64,000 nucleotides of DNA. It comes from Neoechinorhynchus agilis. Lineage: Eukaryota; Animalia; Acanthocephala. This document shows, piece after piece, positions 12,867-24,685 of this stretch (position 1 is its first letter; each line of letters starts with the position of its first letter). Where the stretch lies: NCBI GenBank assembly GCA_051530055.1, contig CM121341.1:6302784-6366783 (forward strand), read 5' to 3'. The notes beneath the pieces are model-generated. The model made no database searches and had not been told where the DNA came from. It was given only the letters and a program-made list of their open reading frames with translations. Position numbers and translations under genes: made by a program.

Positions 12867-13048
12867 GATGGTTTTAAAATCTCCGATTGGTTTAGGAAGC
12901 ACACAATCTTGTTGTTCGCCTTCGTTTGATCAAGGTTTTTATTCGTACTTGAACGTCGGCGGAGATAACACTTTGACAACCTTGATCAAACGAAGGCGAA
13001 CAACAAGATTGTGTGCCTCCGAAACCAATCGGAGATTTTAAAATCATC
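12867..13048. repeat. Fold-back palindrome, ~70-bp arms
   Basis: GATGGTTTTAAAATCTCCGATTGGTTT..CGTTTGATCAAGGTT pairs with AACCTTGATCAAACG..AAACCAATCGGAGATTTTAAAATCATC. Confidence 0.85.
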
Positions 13049-13424
13049 TCAAATGGAACTAATCTGTTCGAAAAGAAGTTTTTTTTAAACCACTGATATG
13101 AAATGTTCTACCTAAATCGATGGAAAATGATCTCGTAGAAACCTAACTTCGGTTCCTGTCGATCATTCGATCCATTTGGATAATTAGCGAACTGCAAAAT
13201 GCGTTTGCTAAATCATGCGGTTCGTCCGTTGCATTACTTTTAGCAAAATTACCCATTACTTGACATTTTATTCTCAGAACATTTTCAAGTCTAGAGAATC
13301 ACCAATGGTAATTTAAACGCAAATATCTCGTATTCCGTCTTTTAGACGCAAATTTCGACCTAACCAGTCCATGAATATAATTTCGTTACAACCTTTTTAA
13401 TTAATTTTCTCAAAAAAATGGAAA

Positions 13425-16083
13425 AATAAAGGAACATCTTTGCCTCGATAGCGTTAGATTCCGTCATTTTTGAATGTCTCATTTCTCTTAGAAAAAACTT
13501 CAATTTAATAATCTTAAAAAAAGGTTAGATTAGAAGACCTCCTCCAATTTTTCCCTCCTTTTTTCGGGAGCGGAAAGGTATAAAAAAGGAACACCTTTCA
13601 TTACGACGATAACTTTAGATTCCGTCATTTTTGAATGTCTCATTTCTCTTAGAAAAAACTTCAATTTAATAAGATCCAAAAAAAGGTTCGATTAGAAGAC
13701 CTCCTCCAATTTTTCCCTCCTTTTTTCGGGGGCGGAAAGGTATAAAAAAGGAACACCTTTCATTACGACGATAACTTTAGATTCCGTCATTTTTGAATGT
13801 CTCATTTCTCTTAGAAAAAACTTCAATTTAATAAGATCCAAAAAGGTTCGATTAGAAGACCCTCCAATTTTTCCCTCCTTTTTTCGGGGGCGGAAAGGTA
13901 TAAAAAAGGAACACCTTTCATTACGACGATAACTTTAGATTCCGTCATTTTTGAATGTCTCATTTCTCTTAGAAAAAACTTCAATTTAATAAGATCCAAA
14001 AAAAGGTTCGATTAGAAGACCTCCTCCAATTTTTCCCTCCTTTTTTCGGGGGCGGAAAGGTATAAAAAAGGAACACCTTTCATTACGACGATAACTTTAG
14101 ATTCCGTCATTTTTGAATGTCTCATTTCTCTTAGAAAAAACTTCAATTTAATAATCTAAAAAAAGGTTCGATTAGAAGACCTCCTCCAATTTTTCCCTCC
14201 TTTTTTCGGGGGCGGAAAGGTATAAAAAAGGAACATCTTTGCCTCAATAACTTTAGATTCCGTCATTTTTGAATGTCTCATTTCTCTTAGAAAAAACTTC
14301 AATTTAATAAGATCCAAAAAAAGGTTCGATTAGAAGACCTCCTCCAAATTTTCCCTCCTTTTTTCGGGGGCGGAAAGGTATAAAAAAGGAACATCTTTGC
14401 CTCAATAACTTTAGATTCCGTCATTTTTGAATGTCTCATTTCTCTTAGAAAAAACTTCAATTTAATAATCCAAAAAAAGGTTCGATTAGAAGACCTCCTC
14501 CAAATTTTCCCTCCTTTTTTCGGGGGCGGAAAGGTATAAAAAAGGAACATCTTTGCCTCAATAACTTTAGATTCCGTCATTTTTGAATGTCTCATTTCTC
14601 TTAGAAAAAACTTCAATTTAATAATCTCAAAAAAAGGTTCGATTAGAAGACCTCCTCCAAATTTTCCCTCCTTTTTTCGGGGGCGGAAAGGTATAAAAAA
14701 GGAACATCTTTGCCTCAATAACTTTAGATTCCGTCATTTTTGAATGTCTCATTTCTCTTAGAAAAAACTTCAATTTAATAAGATCCAAAAAAAGGTTCGA
14801 TTAGAAGACCTCCTCCAAATTTTCCCTCCTTTTTTCGGGGGCGGAAAGGTATAAAAAAGGAACATCTTTGCCTCAATAACTTTAGATTCCGTCATTTTTG
14901 AATGTCTCATTTCTCTTAGAAAAAACTTCAATTTAATAATCTCAAAAAAAGGTTCGATTAGAAGACCTCCAAATTTTCCCTCCTTTTTTCGGGGGCGGAA
15001 AGGTATAAAAAAGGAACATCTTTGCCTCAATAACTTTAGATTCCGTCATTTTTGAATGTCTCATTTCTCTTAGAAAAAACTTTAATTTAATAAGATCAAA
15101 AAAGGTTCGATTAGAAGACCTCCTCCAAATTTTCCCTCCTTTTTTCGGGGGCGGAAAGGTATAAAAAAGGAACATTTTTGCCTCAATAACTTTAGATTCC
15201 GTCATTTTTGAATGTCTCATTTCTCTTAGAAAAAACTTCAATTTAATAAGATCCAAAAAAAGGTTCGATTAGAAGACCTCCTCCAAATTTTCCCTCCTTT
15301 TTTCGGGGGCGGAAAGGTATAAAAAAGGAACATCTTTGCCTCAATAACTTTAGATTCCGTCATTTTTGAATGTCTCATTTCTCTTAGAAAAAACTTCAAT
15401 TTAATAATCTCAAAAAAAGGTTAGATTAGAAGACCTCCTCCAAATTTTCCCTCCTTTTTTCGGGGGCGGAAAGGTATAAAAAAGGAACATCTTTGCCTCA
15501 ATAACTTTAGATTCCGTCATTTTTGAATGTCTCATTTCTCTTAGAAAAAACTTCAATTTAATAATCCAAAAAAAGGTTCGATTAGAAGACCTCCTCCAAA
15601 TTTTCCCTCCTTTTTTCGGGGGCGGAAAGGTATAAAAAAGGAACACCTTTCATTACGACGATAACTTTAGATTCCGTCATTTTTGAATGTCTCATTTCTC
15701 TTAGAAAAAACTTCAATTTAATAATCCAAAAAAAGGTTCGATTAGAAGACCTCCTCCAAATTTTCCCTCCTTTTTTCGGGGGCGGAAAGGTATAAAAAAG
15801 GAACATCTTTGCCTCAATAACTTTAGATTCCGTCATTTTTGAATGTCTCATTTCTCTTAGAAAAAACTTCAATTTAATAAGATCCAAAAAAAGGTTCGAT
15901 TAGAAGACCTCCTCCAAATTTTCCCTCCTTTTTTCGGGGGCGGAAAGGTATAAAAAAGGAACATTTTTGCCTCAATAACGTTAGATTCCGTCATTTTTGA
16001 ATGTCTCATTTCTCTTGGAAAAAACTTTAATTTAATAATCTGAAAAAAAGGTTCGATTAGAAGACCTCTTCCAATTTTTCCCT
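13425..16083. repeat. ~160-bp tandem satellite, about 16 copies, two interleaved variants
   Basis: gattccgtcatttttgaatg recurs from ~13457 to ~15985. The variant segments are cacctttcattacgacgataac and catctttgcctcaataac. Confidence 0.95.
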
Positions 16084-16178
16084 GCCAATTAGTCCCCTCG
16101 ATTAATTCTGGAAGAATTTTTGATGAGTTGAAGTTTGTATTCTTTTATTACCACCATTTTGTGTCCGTTGTATATTAG

Positions 16179-19100
16179 ATGCGGAAAAGTGGAGGACGTC
16201 TCGGTGGTGGTCAATCGTCGGTTTCATTGACTTCTTCAATTGGGGATGATTTGGACACTGCTTGCTGTAGTTCCCTTGACCGGAACAATGTTACTGCAAC
16301 GGTTCCCGGACGAACGTCGATTTTTGGCAATTCCAGACGAGTTCCTTCAACGGACGGCACTGGAGCTCAATCGATCCTCGATCGGATTCCGTTTTTGTCC
16401 ACGTTCGGATCAACGGCAACCGCTTCTTACATGACTCCTTCAACGGATCTTTACGACTATCACGTAACTTTCCTCGATGACACTCAACATCGGTTCACTT
16501 TAAAGGTTTTTCTTCTTTTTTATGAGACCTTTAAAGCCGCCATCCCTCTCTCTGTCACTTTAAAGCGTCAAAGTCCTGGTGGTGATTTGCTCAATCAGGT
16601 TTTCCAATACTTGAATCTCCATGAGTCACAATATTTTGGTCTTCTCGTTCCAACAACCACATCTTCAGATAATCCAGTGAGTCTTTGATTTGATTGAACA
16701 ATTTACACGTACCCTAGAAATGGCTTTGTCCTCAGAGAAATGTGAGAAAACAGCTCAAAGGTCACCACCAGCACCGAACAATCGATTATCCACTCGTGTT
16801 TAGAGTACGATACTTTCCACCAGCGCCAATTATGAACTATCTCAACGATCAGTTGACAAGGTTTTGTTGGTTTTAATTTCCAAATTTACGAGTTTCTTTT
16901 TAGGCACCTTTTTGTTCTTCAATTAAGACAAGACCTCAAAAATGGAAACCTTTACGCCTCACAACATACTCTTCTTCACTTATGTGCTCTATGTCTTCAA
17001 TGTAAGTCCAAACTTCTCTTTAATTGATCCAGAAAAATTTATCTCGAAAAACGATTCTAAAGAGTTCATTTTTGAGATAAAATCGCATTGTTGACCGCCA
17101 TTTCTTCGAGAGGTTTTCGGCTGAACTGTTCCCAATGAAGACAGAGGATTTTAAAGTTTAGTTGTTTTGAGAATGCGTCCATTTTTGAACAAAATCGCAT
17201 TGTTGACCGCCATTTCTTCGAGAGGTTTTCGGCTGAACTGTTCCACATGAAGACAGAGGATTTTAAAGTTTTTAATGCTCTTATTTGTTGAGTTGTTTTG
17301 AGATGGCGTCCATTTTTGAACAAAATCGCATTGTTGACCGCCATTTCTTCGAGATGTTTTCGGCTGAACTGTTCCACATGAAGACAGAACCCTAATGATT
17401 TTGCCATAGTCAGTTTCTGTTGATCATTGTCAAAGGCTTCCCGATTCACAAAAAAACACGATTAAAAAAGAGCGACTCTTGTCGAATTCGGTTCAATAGG
17501 CTGCACAAATATCTGAAATTAAAGACCTATGAATTCTCGCCAAACTGGTTTGAAATAGTTTCTTGTATTCTAATCAAATCACGTATAATTTATCATTCTC
17601 AATTGCGGTTTTACTCGAGTATTCTACAAATTATAGCTACAAATTGTCTGTTTGACATTTGTTTTTTTTGAACCCAGTGTTCTATTCTATATTCTTCTTT
17701 TTTTGTTGATTGAAAAAGTTTAGGTGACCGCGGTTCATACGACGGCCTCAATATTCGCAACAGTGGTATTCTTCGTTCGCTGCCAATTCCGGACGAGCGG
17801 ATCGAGACGCTTTTTGCGCCATCTCCTCAATGTATTCTCGAACTGACCACAAGATACAAACATTTACCAGTTACAATGAGTGTTGCGGACACCGAATGTG
17901 AGTTTTTGAACATTGTTGGTGAACACCTTGACATGTACGGCTACGAGTTTCATTCGGCCTACGTAAAAGTTTCAGCGTCTCCTTCATGTGAGAGCGTTGA
18001 AGTTCGTCTCGGTGTAGGACACGGAGGTCTAGTAATCTTTCAAGAATATCAGCGTATTTCAAGATTCGTTTGGAGTCGAATCACGAAGGTTTCCTACACT
18101 CACCGGCGACTCATTATCCGTCTGAGTACAGACTTACCAAACGATGAATATCCAGCTCGTCTTCTTTTATTGAGTTCCAAGGACGATCATGTGATTTGGC
18201 TTTACTTTCGTTCGTACACTTCGTGTCGGTCAGCCTACCAGGCATGTATTGAACAACACGCGTTCATGAAATCGCTGAGTGAACAACCAAAAAACGGAAT
18301 AGTCGGTATAGATGGGTCCAATTGTGGTGCTGGTGGTGCTTATAAAGATTCCATTTCAATTTTGCCAATTCAAAAGCATCCAAAGTGTCATTTGTTGCTA
18401 AACATGAGACAAATGCAATGTAATGTGAGTGCAGTACAACCTTCTGGTAGACCAAAGTGCCATACAATGGAATGCAATCCATTTCCACGTACTATTCTGA
18501 ACTCACCTATCCCGTTGCCGCCAAGATCCACTCACAATAATAATAGATCACCGACTCCGCCACTCCCAGCATCCAGAACGTCTTCTCAGTCCTCTTTGTA
18601 TGACATTCACTTTGAAAGCATCGATGCAAAAACATCGATTGATCATCTCAGAGATGGACTAGATTCCACGACAGGTTGCGAACTTTTATTTGAATTTGAA
18701 AATCTCTATCGAGCTAAGCCTGGGTATACGTTTGAGGCAAGCAAAAGACTAGATAATGTATCTAAGAACAGGTATAAGGATATTTTGGCTTATGATCAAA
18801 CACGAGTTAAGCTTAAGACATCAAGAAGAGTAGGCGACGAAAAGAGCGATTATATTAATGCCAATTAGATCGGAGAATGATATGTCCATTTACGAAAGTT
18901 GGATTTTTGTTGTAAAATGTTTGAAAGAAAAAACCTTTGATAAAATTGGAATTATTTCAATTTTGAGCCGTTTAAACTCTCTTTTTTTAGTGGCAAAATG
19001 GGGACAAATTTTGTCCCAAGAACTTTCCCCGTTATCCCTATAAATTTAAGATTTCAATTACTCAAGAGACATCATTCTTCGAAGAGTACGTCAGCATGCC

Positions 19101-19861
19101 TATATGTTCGACTTTAAACTTAACAAATCGATATATTGCAAGTCAAGGGCCTCTGGCATCTACATGCACTGATTTTTGGCAAATGATTTACGAACAGGAC
19201 ATTCGAATAATTGTTATGTTGACTACAGTGGTGGAGGGCGGTCGCATGAAATGCCACAAGTATTGGCCATCAAAATCTCAACGTTACTGTCAATTTGGAA
19301 GGTTTGAGATTCGACGGAAAAGCTGTCAACCTCACTTCGAATGCTACAATGGCGCATTGGATCATCGGCATCTTTCGTTGAGAGCTTATCCACATCGGCG
19401 TGATAGAGATATTGTGCAAGTTCAATGTAATTGGTGGCCTGATCATGGAGTTCCCACTCACGCCCACCATTTTCTCCAATTCCTTAACTCAATAAGGCAG
19501 CTTAGGGCAAGGTCCACTCAATCGCTACTGGTGCATTGCAGTGCAGGCATTGGACGGACTGGAGTGATGATTTTAGTCGAGACCGCTTTGTCTTTACTTG
19601 AACGCAACATGCCAATCAATCCGCTGGATATCGTGAAGCAGATGAGAAATCAGCGATATTGTATGGTTCAAAATAGCGTAAGTCTTTTAAAAATGGGAAA
19701 TTAGAAGTATGAATGTCAGAATTTCCTTCTAGGAACAATTCCGGTTTGCCTGTGAAGCCATTCTGCTCGCTTTTGACGAACGCACAAATTCGCATACGTC
19801 CACTAACCGAAACGAAATAATCAATCATCTCAGGATTGAAGATGACGACGACGAATGCTAG
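16179..19861 (+). CDS. FERM-domain non-receptor protein tyrosine phosphatase (PTPN3/PTPN4-like, no PDZ seen)
   Basis: FERM exons (YHVTFLDD, QYFGL, FRVRYFP, DMYG) plus PTP motifs NRYKDIL, DYINAN, YIASQGP, FWQMIYEQ, KCHKYWP, WPDHGVP, VHCSAGIGRTG and MVQN. It has GT-AG introns plus one non-GT-AG interruption at 18866-19086. Confidence 0.92.
17066..17390. repeat. ~120-bp tandem repeat (about 2.5 copies) inside a PTP intron
   Basis: aaaatcgcattgttgaccgccatttcttcgaga occurs three times. Confidence 0.85.
18866..19086 (+). other. Non-canonical TA-bounded, stem-closed insert (221 nt) in the PTP catalytic domain
   Basis: GCC AAT|TAGATCGGAGAATGAT...ATCATTCTTCGAAGAG|TAC GTC. There is a 12-bp stem with one G-U pair. 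Removal gives DYINAN-YVSMPI. Confidence 0.85.
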
Positions 19862-20246
19862 CGCTAGATGTATTCGTCCTTCGTGTACATTATAAATATT
19901 CTCTCACTAATAAGTCAATAATGCTACAAAAAAACTGTTTTTGTGAACTCTCTGTGAATGTTTTTTTGGTAGAACGATTATGTTTTTTTTTCGCTCTCAC
20001 TTCATTTACCTTAGCAATCTTATCGTCTTATTATAAACCCTTGAATTTCGCCAAATGCAATCGACGTTGTGAGAATTGAACATCTTCAAACTGCATCACA
20101 GATTGTCCAACTCAACCTATCTCAAACATCCAAACAAAATTTAGTCACTCGACTGTAAGGAGGCTGAAATGGAAGCTTTACGATGGTCGATTTAACGATA
20201 AACAAATAAGGTATATATTTATACGATTAAGGCTTTCGCTCGAAAT

Positions 20247-22723
20247 TCAATACTGAACGTCTTGTACTTTTGTGAACAGGATTACTTCATTGCTATAGTC
20301 TGTGAAAAAGAACCAAAAGAAGAGAGAAATCGAAAGCAATACAAGAGCATTGATATCACAAACCATGCCCCAAAACGGATCGCTATTGATCGATGTGTCT
20401 ATTGCGACCTCTACGTTGTTTTCATTCATTATTCCACTTTGATCTTCAATACCACAAATCCATTTGCCGGCCTCAATGATTGCTGATTTGAACGTCAACT
20501 TCGGTTTGCTAGGCTTGTTATCGTTCACATCATCTATATCATTCGAATGGACAGAGGAGTTTCTACCGTCAACGAGTGAAGGAATGCTTTCAAAACTTTG
20601 ACCTTGTTTATCTAGGGATTCTTGTTGTTTGGCCAAAGCAGCTTTAACATCGAAGTAGACGTCTGCTTTCTTGAAGAAGCCTGAAGCTGTTGGGATGCTA
20701 ATACGAGGGGTGTCGTTGAATCGATCAGGAAACGTTAGACCATGAATGCAGTCCATTGGAATTGGTTTCGTTAGAAGGCTCACAGCCCAGAGGACAATAG
20801 AGGCGAGAACGAATAGAACGATTCCAAAGTTTAGGTAGTGAAGCTGTACAACTGCTGGCATTGGATTGGGAAGTCCTGATGAACATGATGGTACCGTGTA
20901 CGAGAATTCCCATCCAAATCGAATGAGTCCTATGATAAATCCGGTAACAAGACACCAGAATCCACCTTCTTCATTCACTCGTTTAGACATGATTGCGAAA
21001 AAATAGAGTGCAGCAATCGGTGGAGCCAGAAAGCTAGTGACCGATTGAATGTAATCAAACAATCGACTGTTCTGAGACGCTTGAATTACAGGTATCCATA
21101 GGATACTGATCACGACTAATAAGAGTACAAACACTCGTCCGACAACCATTAGTTCCCATTCCCTTGCGTTTTTCCGAATTCTCTGATAAATGTCCACGGT
21201 GAATATTGTACTGCTACTATTGAAAATGGACGTTAGTGAAGACATGAGAGCGGCTATCATGACTGCTAACATCAGACCACGAATGGCTAATTTAGAGATT
21301 GTGAGTTAATTTTGTTCTAAACTAAAACAACACTATACCGTGTGGCATAATTCTAAGGACGAGAAGTGGAAAAGCTACGTCGTTGCATCCACCAGAACTG
21401 GAGCAAATGGCAGTACATATTTCCGATTGGGAACAGCCGATTTCGTCTTAAAACACAAGTGTATTTTGTGATAATTCTAAGGAGGACTACTAACTTGGCC
21501 ATAGAGTTCTGGACATCATTCCTGGAATTGCCATTATAAATAACGGAAGCAGCTTGATGTATCCAGCGAGCACGCATCCTCCTTTTACATGATCCATATT
21601 TTTTGCAGCTAAAGTCCTCTGCACAATCACCTGATCCGAGCACCAATACCACATAGCCGAGATGGTGAGTCCGAACATGGATATCCATGAAAGATCCGAG
21701 TCAAGTGGACGCATGAATGAGAAGTAATGCGGAGGAACTTCTCCACATTGGAGTTTTGTTAAGAGAGTTGTGTTCGCGATCGCAAATGGGTACACTTCCT
21801 TCAGATCCTGAAGACCGCCTACTCGACTAAATCCTGTTCGATAAGGAATAAACGAAAAATGGTAGTGACAAAACAATCATATACAAACCAATTCCCATCA
21901 ATATGAAGGCACCAATTATCATAATGACCGTCTGGACGAAATCGGTCCATATCACAGCCGTCAAACCACCTCCAATGGTGAACAATGCGGCCAATAGAAC
22001 CAAAAAAATAACGGAAACATAAATGTTCCAATTCAGAGCTTGTTCCAAGAATATTCCTCCCGCAAATAGATCCACCTTTTTTTGGTAGTATTTAGAATGA
22101 TCCTTAATGTTCGCTCTCCCTTCTTTTACTTACGGAAATTTTCGTGAAAATCGAAAGCAAAAGAGCGATAATAGCAAGAAGCAATCTGATTCGTTCTCCA
22201 CCGAATCTTCGCTTCAGAAATTCTGGCATCGTATATACCTAGTTGAAGGGAAAAGCTTGTTTTTATACTCTCTTTTTTTTTAAATTTAAACTTACACCTG
22301 CGTGAACGTATACGGGCGCATAAAGCCATCCAAGCATAAGAAGAGCCAATGCTGCCTGAAAAATAAAGTAGTTTCCAAAGGGACAGAGGGATGAAGCGTA
22401 CATTGACTTCGAAGCCAGCGATCGCTATGCCAGAATCAGCTCCTGATCCAGCGATTCCGACAAAATGACCACTTCCAATATTACTGGCAAATAAAGATGC
22501 GCCTACTAGGACGAAGTTCATATTTCTACCGGCCAAAAAGTATCCACCGAGACTTCCACGATTTTGGCATGATGACTAAAAAAAGGTTATGTTTCCGTGG
22601 AAAAGGCCAACAACAACACCATATACAAACCCATATTCCAAATCCAATAACGACCAGGAAATAGAGAACGAGAATCAAAATGTCTGACCAATGGAGACTT
22701 GTGTTAGCGAATCCAGTAGCCAT
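20247..22723 (-). CDS. Sodium/solute symporter SLC5A (SGLT/SMIT-like), 7 exons
   Basis: [69 protein letters not shown] and [16 protein letters not shown]. All introns traced are GT-AG. Confidence 0.95.
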
Positions 22724-22955
22724 TTTATCTTCTCTTTGTTAAAGAAAGGGTTTGAAATGATACGAGGAGTTCTCAAATGAGTTTTAAGCCGAAACAAGAA
22801 GGATGAGCAATCGACGTCTCATGGTGCTTACAACACAAATGTGTAATTCAGGCGGATTGTGTAGAGCTGTTCAACTAACGGAAAATGAGTAATCGTGAGT
22901 TTCGCTCTCTCTCTCACACACACTTTTTTTGATAACATTTAAACGGATATTTTTC

Positions 22956-24435
22956 TTAGAGCGATTGAAGCAGTTTGCGTGAGGAAAGTGTTAAACATGC
23001 ATCTTTTCGGCGGCAATCGCTCACTTTCATCCACTCAAGCGTGCTTTTAGGATGTCTAAATTGAACTAACGACAAAACGTTGTCGGGGTCGTCTTTGTAC
23101 CTATAAATGGTTGCTTCAATCCATGCATTGTCAGTATTTCGGGCGTCTTCAAGATATCCTTCATGAACGATTTCAGGTTTTTGTCTTCGAAGACAGTTTA
23201 GAACATGGATACGTTGACTCGTTGCCTCGGCGTCTTCGCCGCTACCACGTTCATCCGTTACATTTCGACAAATGTCACCCAATAAACGATCAGGAAGCGA
23301 TCCATTTCCATTGAATATCTCGTTTCGAATTTCAGGAAGGCGGCGAATATTCCCAGGCTCACCTTTATCTATCAGACATTCAAGAGTGTTCAAAGTAAAT
23401 GAACGAGTTATTATGAATATCGATAGATGATTTGGACCGAATCTCCACAAACGACCAAGACCCGTGTATCCCGTCTTCTCTGCTTTATTTAAAGGAAGAC
23501 CTGATTTGTCGTATTCTAATGGACCCATACAACTTGTTCTATCAACGTGCCGGGAAACATTTCGTCCAAAGTGAATATAAGTAACCGTATCCACTTTATC
23601 GAACGCAAATCGATCTACATATTTGTCGCAATCAATATCATCAGTGTCTTTGTGCTGAAATTCTATTCGGCGATCAAAATATCATGTCTATTATGAAAAA
23701 AAAGTCATGTTTTCTCGCTAAAAAACCTTTACTGAAATATGTGCGCGTTTTTTGGATTGATTTTGTTGAAAAAAGAATTCTAATGACCCAAGACTCGATT
23801 TTGATCGATGATAATTTAACGGGTGAGTAGACTTTTCCCGAATCTGAAACGGACGCTGGTGCAATCCCATTTTCTGCAATCATACAGTGCAGAAGATCTT
23901 CTTGTTTTCCCGAATCTTGTGCTGCTAAGACTTTCTCATTAGGTTCGAGTGATTTAAACGGTCTGTGGCGTTCTAAATGAGCACAAATACATTGCCCGAG
24001 TTTTCGCCGTACATCTTCGTCGATAATAATGTCAGCAGTCTTCTCGTCCTTTATAGTTAAAATTTCGCTTCCACGCAAATGCACTAGTAGTTGCATTTGC
24101 TCAATAGATGGTGGTGGTGGTGGTGGTGGTTCGTTTGTACAACTTTGGTTACTTTCACCAAAATCTTTTAAAGAGGATTCCTTCTCAACAAGAAGCCTTA
24201 ACAAATGCTCTCTCTCGGTCCTAAACACTGGATCGTCCGACGATATTTGACTCATTCTGAAGCAAATATCCCTCAGTGTGTCGATGCTGTGCTCACTATT
24301 CATCAGCAGCCTACAGCTATCCTCGAAAAATCCACCGGATCGAGCTGCTCTGAGCCGTTTTTGTAGACCGCTGTAATCGAACATGGACCGCCGGTTAGCT
24401 TCGAGATGTGGGGACGAGCTCACTCGTTTCATCAT
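22956..24435 (-). CDS. NUDT9-like (ADP-ribose pyrophosphatase fold) protein with an extended N-terminus
   Basis: KTGYTGLGRLWRFGPNH and GYLEDARNTDNAWIE match NUDT9/NUDT9-H conserved blocks. The Nudix box looks degenerate. Confidence 0.7.
23666..23813 (-). other. Candidate TA-bounded, stem-closed insert (148 nt)
   Basis: AAA T|TATCAT CGATCAAAAT...ATTTTGATCG CCGAA|TA GAA has a perfect 10-bp stem, and removal is in frame. A weak GT-AG alternative (23787-23655) also restores the frame. Confidence 0.55.
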
Positions 24436-24685
24436 GCCTCTTACCCATGTCTATCAAAAACAAGACAATCGTTACCATAGCAATCGATGAAAAAGTCAAA
24501 GATGGTTTTTTTCGAAAGAAGAGAACTTTAGAGGAGGCAAACACATAAGAAGCGCGACTTTGTGATACATTCGAAAAAAAAAGATTATTTGAAACGGTTT
24601 TAGAGTGTCTCACAAAAACCCTCGACGGATGATGATAAATCTTTTTTTTGTCTAGTTATGATGAAGATAACCTGATTGAGCTCAG

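Noticed and set aside
4509-16083. Tandem arrays as CRISPR loci
   Set aside because: Units are near-identical end to end with no unique spacers, there are no cas genes, and the context is eukaryotic.
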